DNA of 53,184 nucleotides from Gammaproteobacteria bacterium RIFCSPLOWO2_02_FULL_38_11 (GTDB lineage Bacteria; Pseudomonadota; Gammaproteobacteria; HIGHO2-12-38-15): NCBI GenBank assembly GCA_001801745.1, contig MGYM01000039.1, positions 1 to 53,184 of the forward strand, read 5' to 3'. Shown piece by piece: positions 43,499 to 53,184 of this stretch (position 1 is its first letter; each line of letters starts with the position of its first letter). The notes under the pieces were generated by a model. It saw only the letters and a program-made list of their open reading frames with translations, ran no database searches and was not told where the DNA came from. The position numbers and the translations under genes were made by a program.

Positions 43499-45112
43499 TC
43501 AAAGGTGGTGATTTGTTAGTAATACGTCATCTTCGTGTTGCATGATGAAATGAAAGCGGTGTTCTGCAAGTAATCTCGTATAATTGCGGTCGCTCATCAT
43601 AACATAGACTCGTGATTTTGTTTCCCATTTCCCCCAAAATTCATTTTCTGAAAGTATCTGCATATGGGCTTGATGTTGCATCCCAAAATCTAATTCACCG
43701 TGCGTATCCACAAGCGTGATAAGTCGCTTGAGATAAAAAGGCATGTCTTGGTAGTAATAATGATAAGAAACAACAAGGTCTTCTGGGCGCAGATGTTTTT
43801 TTAGTTCAAGAAGTAAGGGTTTTGTGCTGGCAATGGGTAAGCCGGTTGAGATTATAGATAAAGTTAAATTAAAGACGCAACTCCACACTAATAAGCTCAA
43901 AAAAATAAATTTTTTATTTAATCGGAGTAAAACAAAGTAAGATAATATTCCTAATATTAATATTCCCCCGAGGAAAAGAAAGTATTTTTGAAAAAAAGTA
44001 TTTTTTAGATATTTTTCGCAAGCAAGGAGAAGGGCTGTTGCCATACAAAATACGGTGAAAATTAAAGTAAAAGACGAGATTGATTTGTTTTTTTCAGACG
44101 AATAAGTTTTTGCAATCATGATTGAAACCGGAGGAAAAATCGGCAAAATATAAGGAATTAATTTTGACTTGGAAACAGAGAAAAATAAGAAAATAACGCT
44201 CGCCCAAAGCAATAAGAATAATTCATTTCTGTATTGAATTTTGTTTGTTTTTATTTTTAGGAAAACTTCCTTTATGCTTTGCAATAGATAAATATTCCAA
44301 GGAAAAAATCCAAAGAAAAGGATGGCCATGAAAAACCAAAACGGCTGATAACGCTCAGAAATTAAAGTAAAAAATCTTAAAAACTGTTGATCTAAAATAT
44401 AAAAATTAAAGAATTCTGGGTTTTTAATTTGAACGGCAAGATGCCAGGGAATGATGATGATAAAAAAAAGAAAAATCCCAGAAAAAATAGGCATTTTTTT
44501 TAAATAAGCCCAGCCGTCTAATAATATTATCCAAAAAAACAAAATGCTGATAGGAAATAAAATTCCAATCAAGCCTTTTGCTAAAACTGCTAAAGCTGCA
44601 AAAAAATAAAATCCATAATATAAAAAAACCTTTGTTTTCGATGAGACTGGTAAATTGACTGCAATTAAAAAACAAGAAAAACAAGCTAGAAATAAAAAAG
44701 AGAGCATCATGTCGATCGTTAATACATGACTCATGACAAAATACAATAAACTGCTACCCAGAATGCAAGCAGCGTGCAGGCCTATTTTGCGGGTATAAAG
44801 TACGCGCGCAAGTAAATAGGTGGTAAGACAGCCTAATAAAGCGAAGACGGCTGTTGGTGAGCGTGCTCCCCACTCATTTAACCCTATTGATTTGAATGAG
44901 AGTATTTGAACCCAATAAAGTAAGGGGGGTTTTTCAAAATATTTTATGCCATTTAAATGAGGCGTGATGTAATCGCCTGTGACAAGCATTTCTCGTGGAA
45001 TTTCACTGTAACGTCCTTCGTCGGGATTGCTAAGAGGACGGTCTCCTAAACCTAGGAAAAAGAGAAATCCAAACAAGATACACAGGAGGGCGCAGTCTTT
45101 AAACCAAGTCAC
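43499..45112 (-). CDS. arnT: 4-amino-4-deoxy-L-arabinose lipid A transferase (ArnT, GT39-like)
   Basis: 537 aa, polytopic. The N-terminal signature NPDEGRYSEIPREMLVTGDYITPHLNGIKYFEKPPLLYW parallels E. coli ArnT QPDETRYAEISREML..GLRYFEKP. Confidence 0.85.
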   Translation of the reverse strand: MTWFKDCALLCILFGFLFFLGLGDRPLSNPDEGRYSEIPREMLVTGDYITPHLNGIKYFEKPPLLYWVQILSFKSIGLNEWGARSPTAVFALLGCLTTYLLARVLYTRKIGLHAACILGSSLLYFVMSHVLTIDMMLSFLFLACFSCFLIAVNLPVSSKTKVFLYYGFYFFAALAVLAKGLIGILFPISILFFWIILLDGWAYLKKMPIFSGIFLFFIIIIPWHLAVQIKNPEFFNFYILDQQFLRFFTLISERYQPFWFFMAILFFGFFPWNIYLLQSIKEVFLKIKTNKIQYRNELFLLLWASVIFLFFSVSKSKLIPYILPIFPPVSIMIAKTYSSEKNKSISSFTLIFTVFCMATALLLACEKYLKNTFFQKYFLFLGGILILGILSYFVLLRLNKKFIFLSLLVWSCVFNLTLSIISTGLPIASTKPLLLELKKHLRPEDLVVSYHYYYQDMPFYLKRLITLVDTHGELDFGMQHQAHMQILSENEFWGKWETKSRVYVMMSDRNYTRLLAEHRFHFIMQHEDDVLLTNHHL

Positions 45113-45115
45113 AGC

Positions 45116-46217
<1,102 letters not shown>

Positions 46218-46297
46218 TTTTCATTCCTTCCAAAATTAGTTACACTTACTGTTTTCATTATTTCTCAGTTATAGAATTTAAATATTAAGGCAAGGCA

Positions 46298-47815
46298 ATG
46301 CAAAAATTAACCAAAACTGGAACTTGGTCTATCCTTATTTTAACTATTTTTTTCCATTCTTCTTTTTGTATTGCTGCAAAAAACTATCCTACGGTACCTT
46401 ATCCTGTGATCGACTATCCAAAAATAAAAAATCCTGAATTAGTTAAAAAAGGAGAATATCTTGCAAAAGCAGGGGATTGTATTGCGTGTCACACAGACAC
46501 CGATCATCCTGGTTCTCCTATTTTTGCCGGTGGTTTAGGTGTGGACACACCTTTCGGCACTTTTTTTACACCAAATATTACGCCAGATAAAGAAACGGGA
46601 ATAGGAAAATGGTCGGATAAGGATTTTATTAAAGCCATGCATGATGGTTTGAATCCGCATAACGAAAATTATTTTCCTGTATTTCCTTATGTTTTCTTTA
46701 ATCGTGTTTCAAAAGAAGATTTAATTGCTATCAAAGCTTATCTTGATCATGTTCCTGCAGTGAACTATACACCGCCTAAAAATCAAGTGTCTTGGCCTTT
46801 TAATGTGAGATTACTGCAATGGGGTTGGAAGCTTTTATTTTTTCTACCAGACAGTGGTTATTTCAAAGAAGATCCGAAACAATCAAAGCAATGGAATCGA
46901 GGCTCTTACCTCGTGAATGGTTTGGAGCATTGTAGTATGTGCCACACACCGGTCAATGTACTGGGTTCGTGGAAAAAATCTTATTTTCTTGCAGGGGGTA
47001 TTGTTGATAATTTCCCTGCGCCAAATATTACTTCTTCACGTTTGAAAGATTTCTCTGTTCAACAAGTTATGGATGTGTTTTTGAAAGATCAACTGTTGGG
47101 AGGAGGGCGTATTGTAGGTCCTATGCTGGATGTCAATCACAATAGTTTACGTTATTTATCAAAAGAAGATTTAGAATCGATTGTTATTTATTTAAAAACG
47201 GTTAAAAGCAAAGAAATTCCAAAACCAAAAATTAAATCGGGTGCGCAATTAGGTGAGGGTATTTACGATGCCTATTGTGCCACTTGCCATGCTGTAGGCT
47301 CAGCTGGGGCGCCTATCGTAGGAGATGTTCCTGTTTGGGAGACTCGAATCAAGCTAGGGTTACCGACCTTATACCACAATGCTATTGACGGTATAAATGC
47401 CATGCCTGCAAAGGGAACCTGTTCTAGCTGTACAGATCAAGAGATTGAAGCGGCTGTGCGATACATGGTAGACGAAAGCAAGCCGGGCGCCAAAGCCAGT
47501 TCTTCTTATACTAAAATACCTACAGCGATGCCGGCGCCGACAGTTAATTTAGCGCACGGAAAAGAAATTTATGAACAGGCCTGTAATACCTGTCATATCG
47601 ATGGAAAATTTGGCGCTCCAAAAATGGGAGACAAGAAAATTTGGGCAGCCATCATAAAACAAAATATGGATGTTTTGTTCGGACATACCATCCAAGGTTA
47701 TAAGGCAATGCCACCACGAGGTAATTGCACTTCTTGCAGTGATACGGATTTAATGGACGCGGTTATTTATATGGTTCAACAAAATAAAGAAGAGGGTGAT
47801 TTTATATTATGGTAA
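46298..47815 (+). CDS. Tetraheme c-type cytochrome (N-terminal diheme module fused to two cytochrome c5-like domains)
   Basis: Signal peptide and four CxxCH motifs (CIACH, CSMCH, CATCH, CNTCH). The last two domains carry the c5-type NAMPAKG.CSSCTD / KAMPPRGNCTSCSD motif. The stop overlaps the coxB start (ATGGTAA). Confidence 0.8.
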   Translation: MQKLTKTGTWSILILTIFFHSSFCIAAKNYPTVPYPVIDYPKIKNPELVKKGEYLAKAGDCIACHTDTDHPGSPIFAGGLGVDTPFGTFFTPNITPDKETGIGKWSDKDFIKAMHDGLNPHNENYFPVFPYVFFNRVSKEDLIAIKAYLDHVPAVNYTPPKNQVSWPFNVRLLQWGWKLLFFLPDSGYFKEDPKQSKQWNRGSYLVNGLEHCSMCHTPVNVLGSWKKSYFLAGGIVDNFPAPNITSSRLKDFSVQQVMDVFLKDQLLGGGRIVGPMLDVNHNSLRYLSKEDLESIVIYLKTVKSKEIPKPKIKSGAQLGEGIYDAYCATCHAVGSAGAPIVGDVPVWETRIKLGLPTLYHNAIDGINAMPAKGTCSSCTDQEIEAAVRYMVDESKPGAKASSSYTKIPTAMPAPTVNLAHGKEIYEQACNTCHIDGKFGAPKMGDKKIWAAIIKQNMDVLFGHTIQGYKAMPPRGNCTSCSDTDLMDAVIYMVQQNKEEGDFILW

Positions 47816-48936
47816 AACGCATACCAATTTTGTTTTTATCACTGATAACAGCACCGATTTATGCTGAGATGAAAGTGAATATGCCTTTAGGTGTGACACC
47901 TTTAAGCCATGATATTTATTGGTTGCACATGACGATTTTTTGGATTTGCGTAGGGATTGGTGTCATTGTATTTGGTGCTTTAATTTATTCTTTAATTAAA
48001 TTTCGTAAATCAAAAGGCAGGATAGCTGAAGATTTCCACGAGCATACACTTATTGAAATCATTTGGGCTGTCATTCCTTTTTTAATTTTAATTGGGATGG
48101 CGATTCCTGCGACTAAAGTTTTGATTCGAATGGATAACACTGAAGATGCTGACCTCACGGTTAAAATCACGGGATATCAATGGCGATGGAAGTATGAATA
48201 TTTAGATCAAGGCATCAGTTATTTTAGTAATCTTGCTACACCGGCCAATCAATTAAATAATAAAGCCCCTAAAAACAAATGGTATTTGCTGGAAGTCGAT
48301 CACCCTTTGGTTGTGCCTACACACAAGAAGATACGTATTTTAGTAACTTCTAATGATGTGATTCATTCGTGGTGGGTAACTGAGCTTGGTATTAAGCGTG
48401 ATGCTATTCCAGGTTACATACACGAAACTTGGGCGCGAATTGAAAAACCAGGCATTTATCGTGGACAATGCGCTGAATTGTGTGGTGTCAATCATGGTTT
48501 TATGCCTATTGTGGTTGAAGCGGTTTCTCCTATGCAATTTGCAGAATGGGTGAAGCAACAAACGCAAGGCAAGGTTACATTCAACACGGATGTAAAATTA
48601 ACTTTAAGTAAAAAAGAACTCATGGGGCGAGGGGAAACCGCTTACGATACTTATTGTGCGATTTGCCATAAACCAGAAGGCACGGGTATGCCACCTGCTT
48701 TTCCTGCTTTAAAAGGTGATAAAATCCTAACAGGTAAACCCGGAGATGAAATAGCGATTGTTTTAAATGGTAAAGCGGGCACGGCGATGCAAGCTTTTAA
48801 AAATCAATTAAGCAATGAAGATTTAGCGGCGATTATTACGTATATACGCAATGCTTGGGGCAATGACGATAAAAACAAACAAGGTCCCCATGCGGGAGAG
48901 CTAGTTCAACCTGAAGATATTGCATTGGCACGATAA
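47809..48936 (+). CDS. coxB: Cytochrome c oxidase subunit II with a fused C-terminal cytochrome c domain
   Basis: CuA site HSWWV...CAELCGVNHGFM and a C-terminal CAICH heme motif. Confidence 0.9.
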   Translation: MVKRIPILFLSLITAPIYAEMKVNMPLGVTPLSHDIYWLHMTIFWICVGIGVIVFGALIYSLIKFRKSKGRIAEDFHEHTLIEIIWAVIPFLILIGMAIPATKVLIRMDNTEDADLTVKITGYQWRWKYEYLDQGISYFSNLATPANQLNNKAPKNKWYLLEVDHPLVVPTHKKIRILVTSNDVIHSWWVTELGIKRDAIPGYIHETWARIEKPGIYRGQCAELCGVNHGFMPIVVEAVSPMQFAEWVKQQTQGKVTFNTDVKLTLSKKELMGRGETAYDTYCAICHKPEGTGMPPAFPALKGDKILTGKPGDEIAIVLNGKAGTAMQAFKNQLSNEDLAAIITYIRNAWGNDDKNKQGPHAGELVQPEDIALAR

Positions 48937-48952
48937 TTTTAAGAGGTCATCA

Positions 48953-50557
48953 ATGAATTCCATCGAACACGCGGTAGATCAACATGCGCCATATAATTCT
49001 CAAGGCTTTTTTTCTAAAGTGACGCGTTGGATATTTACAACCAATCACAAAGATATTGGCACACTTTATCTTTGGTTGAGTTTAATTATGTTTTTCGTCG
49101 GTGGGGCGATGGCCTTGCTTATTCGCGCTGAACTTTTTCAACCGGGCGCAAGAATCATCAGTCCAGAAATTTTTAATCAGATGACAACGTTTCATGGTCT
49201 GATCATGGTTTTTGGTGTCATCATGCCGGCGATGGTGGGTTTAGCCAATTGGCAAATTCCCATGATGATCGGTGCGCCAGACATGGCCTTGCCGCGTTTA
49301 AATAACTGGAGTTTTTGGATTTTACCTTTTGCCTTTGCATTATTGGTAAGTACCTTGTTTATGTCAGGTCCTGCGCCGAATTTTGGATGGACTTTTTACG
49401 CACCCTTATCAACAACTTATGGTCCCAAGAGCACGGACTTTATGATTTTCTCGATACATCTTTTAGGGTTATCTTCGATATTAGGTGCAATCAACATTAT
49501 TGCAACAATATTTAATTTACGTGCCCCGGGCATGACTTTCATGAAAATGCCTATTTTTGTATGGAGTTGGTTAATCACCGCTTTTTTATTATTAGCGGTG
49601 ATGCCGGTGTTAGCGGGTGTTGTGACAATGATGTTAGCGGATCGTCATTTCGGAACAAGTTTCTTTAATGCGGCTGGCGGAGGCGACCCGATTTTATTTC
49701 AACATGTATTTTGGTTTTTTGGACATCCTGAAGTTTACATTTTAATTATGCCCGCATTTGGCGTAATGTCTGAAGTCATTCCCACCTTTAGTCGTAAAAA
49801 AATATTCGGTTATAAATTTATGATTTATGCCATTTCGGTCATTGCCTTTTTATCACTGCTTGTATGGGCGCATCACATGTTTACTTCGGGCATTCCGTTG
49901 GTTTCAGAATTATTTTTCATGTATGCCACCATGTTGATTGCGGTTCCCACGGGCGTGAAAATATTTAATTGGGTTGCAACGATTTATAAAGGTTCTGTTA
50001 CTTTTGAAACACCGATGTTATTTGCGATTGCTTTTTTGTTTTTATTCACGCTAGGTGGATTTTCTGGGTTAATGTTATCGATTGTCCCTGCAGATTATCA
50101 ATACCAAGATACGTATTTCGTTGTTGCACATTTCCATTATGTTTTAATCCCCGGTTCTGTTTATGCCATCATGGCAGCTATTTATTATTGGTTGCCGAAA
50201 TGGACAGGGCATAGGTATAACGAACGTTTGGGCCAATGGCATTTTTGGTTAACGGTTATTTCAACCAACCTCACTTTTTTCCCCATGCATTTTTTGGGTC
50301 TAGCGGGGATGCCACGCCGTATCCCAGATTATGCTTTGCAATTTGCAGATTTTAATATGATTGCGACGATAGGTGCTTTTATTTTTGGTTTTTCGCAATT
50401 ACTTTTTTTAATTAATATTGTTAGAACGGTACGAGGAAAAGGGCCGCATGTTTCTAATCAAGTCTGGGAAGGGGCGCACGGTTTAGAGTGGACATTGCCT
50501 TCACCGCCGCCTTATCATACTTTTTCTTCTCCACCCACAATTGATGAATGTAAATGA
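48953..50557 (+). CDS. coxA: Cytochrome c oxidase subunit I
   Basis: TNHKDIGTLYL, WFFGHPEVYIL and HHMF motifs. ATG at 48953 follows aagaggt. Confidence 0.95.
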   Translation: MNSIEHAVDQHAPYNSQGFFSKVTRWIFTTNHKDIGTLYLWLSLIMFFVGGAMALLIRAELFQPGARIISPEIFNQMTTFHGLIMVFGVIMPAMVGLANWQIPMMIGAPDMALPRLNNWSFWILPFAFALLVSTLFMSGPAPNFGWTFYAPLSTTYGPKSTDFMIFSIHLLGLSSILGAINIIATIFNLRAPGMTFMKMPIFVWSWLITAFLLLAVMPVLAGVVTMMLADRHFGTSFFNAAGGGDPILFQHVFWFFGHPEVYILIMPAFGVMSEVIPTFSRKKIFGYKFMIYAISVIAFLSLLVWAHHMFTSGIPLVSELFFMYATMLIAVPTGVKIFNWVATIYKGSVTFETPMLFAIAFLFLFTLGGFSGLMLSIVPADYQYQDTYFVVAHFHYVLIPGSVYAIMAAIYYWLPKWTGHRYNERLGQWHFWLTVISTNLTFFPMHFLGLAGMPRRIPDYALQFADFNMIATIGAFIFGFSQLLFLINIVRTVRGKGPHVSNQVWEGAHGLEWTLPSPPPYHTFSSPPTIDECK

Positions 50558-51120
50558 CATCGTTTTTTTTAAATAAAAAAAAACTACCCCTATTACTTAC
50601 GATTATCGCAATATTAATGTTTGGTTTTGGGTTTGCGCTTGTGCCTGTATACACCTTGTTATGTAAAGCAACCGGTATCAATGGAAAAACAGGAGGGCCT
50701 ACCCAGCTTGGCCTGCTAGAAGAAATTGATAATACCCGTTGGGTGACAATACAATTCATTGCGACAAACAATGCCAATTTAAATTGGGCCTTTTATCCGA
50801 AAACAACCTCTATCAAACTGCATCCAGGGGAGAATACTTTAATTTATTATTATGCAGAAAATAATTCTGGAAAAGCCATGACAGTACAAGCGATTCCCAG
50901 TGTTACACCGGGTAAAGCAGCGAAATATGTTAAAAAAACAGAATGTTTTTGCTTCACTCAACAAAATTTCAAAATAGGAGAGAAACGAGATATGCCTGTC
51001 TTATTTCATGTTGATGCGAATTTACCAAAAGAAATTAATACGCTCAGTTTATCCTATACTTTATTTAATGCAGACAAATATAAAAAAGCGGCTACATCTG
51101 AAAAACAAGGACATCTATAA
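50554..51120 (+). CDS. ctaG: Cytochrome c oxidase assembly protein CtaG/Cox11
   Basis: N-terminal TM segment, then LCKATGINGKTG, and the copper motif CFCF (ECFCFTQQ). Confidence 0.9.
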   Translation: MTSFFLNKKKLPLLLTIIAILMFGFGFALVPVYTLLCKATGINGKTGGPTQLGLLEEIDNTRWVTIQFIATNNANLNWAFYPKTTSIKLHPGENTLIYYYAENNSGKAMTVQAIPSVTPGKAAKYVKKTECFCFTQQNFKIGEKRDMPVLFHVDANLPKEINTLSLSYTLFNADKYKKAATSEKQGHL

Positions 51121-51131
51121 TTCAACTGCCG

Positions 51132-51189
51132 AGGGCGTGTCTCAAAAGGTTTTCTCGATGCGAAAAAAGAGGGAATTGAGACACGCCCT
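51132..51189. repeat. 14-bp perfect inverted repeat (AGGGCGTGTCTCAA / TTGAGACACGCCCT) with a 30-nt loop
   Basis: Seen directly at 51132-51145 and 51176-51189, in the ctaG-coxC intergenic region. GC-rich relative to its surroundings. Confidence 0.7.
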
Positions 51190-51221
51190 AAGTCCTATTT
51201 GATTTTAACGAGGATTTTAAA

Positions 51222-52112
51222 ATGATTCATGAAAAAGGATCTTATTATTTACCTTCACCCAGTTACTGGCCCATCTTCGGATCTTGCGCCTTATTTTGCA
51301 TTATGTTTGGCGCGGCGCATTGGTTACATGGTGTAAATTGGGGGCCGCCGCTTTTTTTTGTGGGTTTAGCGCTTCTTTTTTTTGTGATGTATGGATGGTT
51401 TCATCATGTCATTCAAGAAAGTTTGGCGGGCTTATACAATAAGCAAGTTGATCATTCTTACCGTTGGGGCATGGCATGGTTTATTTTTTCAGAAGTTATG
51501 TTTTTCGGCGCTTTTTTTGGAGCATTATTTTATTCGCGTATTTCAGCAGTAGCAGAATTAGCAGGGGATAGCACCTCTTTGTTTGGTGCCTCTGCGTTAA
51601 CACATTATTTAATTTGGCCTGGTTTCATGCCCCATTGGCCTTTATTGCATAACCCCGATCCTTCACTTTTCCCGGCACCCAAACAAGTGATGGAAGCCTG
51701 GGGTATCCCTGCATTAAATACCTTAATTCTGCTTTCCAGTGGTGGGACCATAACCTGGGCGCACTGGGGAATGATAAAAAACAAACGTTCTCATGTTTTG
51801 ATCGGTTTATTACTGACAGTGTTATTAGGTATTACCTTTTTATGTTTTCAAGCGCACGAATATATAACGGCGTATGAAGATTATAATTTACGATTAACTT
51901 CAGGTATTTATGGCACGACATTTTTTATGTTAACGGGTTTTCATGGCTTGCATGTCACGATTGGAACGATCATGCTAATCGTTATTTTGTTCCGTGCTTA
52001 TCTCAATCATTTCAATTCAGAGCATCACTTTGCATTTGAAGCTGTCTCATGGTATTGGCATTTTGTCGATGTTGTTTGGCTATTTTTATTTGTTTTTGTT
52101 TATTGGTTATAA
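51222..52112 (+). CDS. coxC: Cytochrome c oxidase subunit III
   Basis: 296 aa with 7 TM segments. The C-terminus reads TGFHGLHVTIGT...WYWHFVDVVWLFLF. Confidence 0.9.
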   Translation: MIHEKGSYYLPSPSYWPIFGSCALFCIMFGAAHWLHGVNWGPPLFFVGLALLFFVMYGWFHHVIQESLAGLYNKQVDHSYRWGMAWFIFSEVMFFGAFFGALFYSRISAVAELAGDSTSLFGASALTHYLIWPGFMPHWPLLHNPDPSLFPAPKQVMEAWGIPALNTLILLSSGGTITWAHWGMIKNKRSHVLIGLLLTVLLGITFLCFQAHEYITAYEDYNLRLTSGIYGTTFFMLTGFHGLHVTIGTIMLIVILFRAYLNHFNSEHHFAFEAVSWYWHFVDVVWLFLFVFVYWL

Positions 52113-53177
52113 ATGGGGATGTTCTTCATCCGCATTTTTTTGTGTTTCTTTGGCTGAAGCCGCATCTGTTTTTTCCGTTGCTTGAGGTGAAGGCGTTTTT
52201 TGGTGCGGTACCTCTATTGTATGTAACGGGAGTGGTTTTCCTTCTTCAACTGATTTCCCTTGAGCTGATTTTTCTTGATCAAGTTGAGCGTGTTCTTGCG
52301 AAGGAGGCGTTTTTTTAGAGAAGAAATTCCCTATAGTTTCAATTGTATTTTTGACAACAAACATTACTGCATTAACAATATTTTTGAAAAAAGAATCTGA
52401 AGTTAAACTTTGTTGTGTTGGATTTTGAGGTTTTTGTGTCTCGCCTAAGGCTATTATTTTTTCCCTAAAAAGTCCTGACAAAAAACCAAGATTTTTCATT
52501 GCTTTTTCTTGCTCCGGCGTGCCTGTTTGTATGTGAGGTGCTAAGGCATTCTGAGGGCTCGTGTCTTCCATAAGCTTTGCAAGCTTAGTTTGCTTGTCTG
52601 CAATAACTTTAATAACACAGCCAAGGAGTTCTGTTGAATTTACAGTTCTGAGATCATTTACTTCTTTTTTTATTGTCTCTTGAGTGCTGCCTGGTTGATT
52701 AAAATTACGTAATAAATTCGTAACGACATCATTTGCTAAATTCATATTTCCAACAGTAAAGACAGGTTGTTTATTTATAAATTCTATAGCTTCTTCATTT
52801 AAACTTGCCGTGGCTTTTTCTATTTGCATAGTCCGCTCTAATGTTTTTGTTTTTGTCATAAGAATATCTAATAAGAACTCAACTCTTTCTTTTGCTTCTG
52901 CTATTTCAGAAGTTGGACGTACTTGAGATTGTTCTGTTATAAAATCGTGTTTCTCAAGAAGGGATTGAATTGCACAAGCAAGCGTTCCTTCATTTAGATG
53001 CATATACGCATCAAGCTGTTTTTTTATATCTGCTTCCTTATCTCCTTGCTTTAGGTTTTCTAATAAGATCCGAGCCACATCATTTCCCAGCTGTTCATCT
53101 TTTTCAGGATTTTTAAAATTTTTTTCTACAAGTGCCTGGGCTTCGAGTCTTAGTCTTTGAAAGTTGAGATTTGGCAT
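52107..53177 (-). CDS. Hypothetical protein with an internal roughly 110-aa duplication and a polar/acidic C-terminus (candidate effector)
   Basis: 356 aa. LGNDVARILLENLKQGDKEADIKKQLDAY..EGTLACAIQSLLEK aligns with LANDVVTNLLRNFNQPGSTQETIKKEVNDL..TELLGCVIKVIADK. No family recognised. It is convergent with coxC and overlaps it by 6 nt. Confidence 0.55.
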   Translation of the reverse strand: MPNLNFQRLRLEAQALVEKNFKNPEKDEQLGNDVARILLENLKQGDKEADIKKQLDAYMHLNEGTLACAIQSLLEKHDFITEQSQVRPTSEIAEAKERVEFLLDILMTKTKTLERTMQIEKATASLNEEAIEFINKQPVFTVGNMNLANDVVTNLLRNFNQPGSTQETIKKEVNDLRTVNSTELLGCVIKVIADKQTKLAKLMEDTSPQNALAPHIQTGTPEQEKAMKNLGFLSGLFREKIIALGETQKPQNPTQQSLTSDSFFKNIVNAVMFVVKNTIETIGNFFSKKTPPSQEHAQLDQEKSAQGKSVEEGKPLPLHTIEVPHQKTPSPQATEKTDAASAKETQKNADEEHPHL

Positions 53178-53184
53178 GGCTACT

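Overview
This is an AT-rich gammaproteobacterial chromosome segment. Its gene content points to the order Legionellales (Legionella/Coxiella/Aquicella-like); I cannot name the species. All homology calls come from motifs and synteny recalled from memory; no searches were run.

Housekeeping backbone: uvrD, mdh, dsbA, engB, a 2-oxoacid dehydrogenase E1a/E1b/E2 set, one tRNA(CAU), rpoD, accD-folC-dedD-cvpA, ctp protease, gpmI, wrbA, folA, and a cytochrome c plus coxB-coxA-ctaG-coxC oxidase cluster.

Accessory content:
1. A short Dot/Icm type IVB secretion block, icmT-icmS-(icmR-position orphan)-icmQ-icmP/dotM-icmO/dotL. It is joined directly to cvpA and stops after icmO.
2. A membrane-anchored UrtA/AmiC-like solute-binding protein translationally coupled to a Cache-type class III adenylate cyclase, with no ABC transporter genes nearby.
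3. An arn (lipid A aminoarabinose) module with a stand-alone ArnA decarboxylase and no formyltransferase. It is split by an opposite-strand WecD-like GNAT gene and an ankyrin protein whose N-terminus looks like a YopT/C58 cysteine protease.
4. Several orphan proteins that are candidate effectors: a GxPxLxx heptad-repeat/polyQ protein, a coiled-coil single-TM protein, and an internally duplicated protein.
5. An MFS sugar symporter, GH13 alpha-glucosidase and glucokinase module.
6. A 6S RNA upstream of ygfA.
7. Several families of palindromic or MITE-like intergenic elements, one of which sits between icmT and icmS.

I saw no rRNA, CRISPR array or transposase gene.
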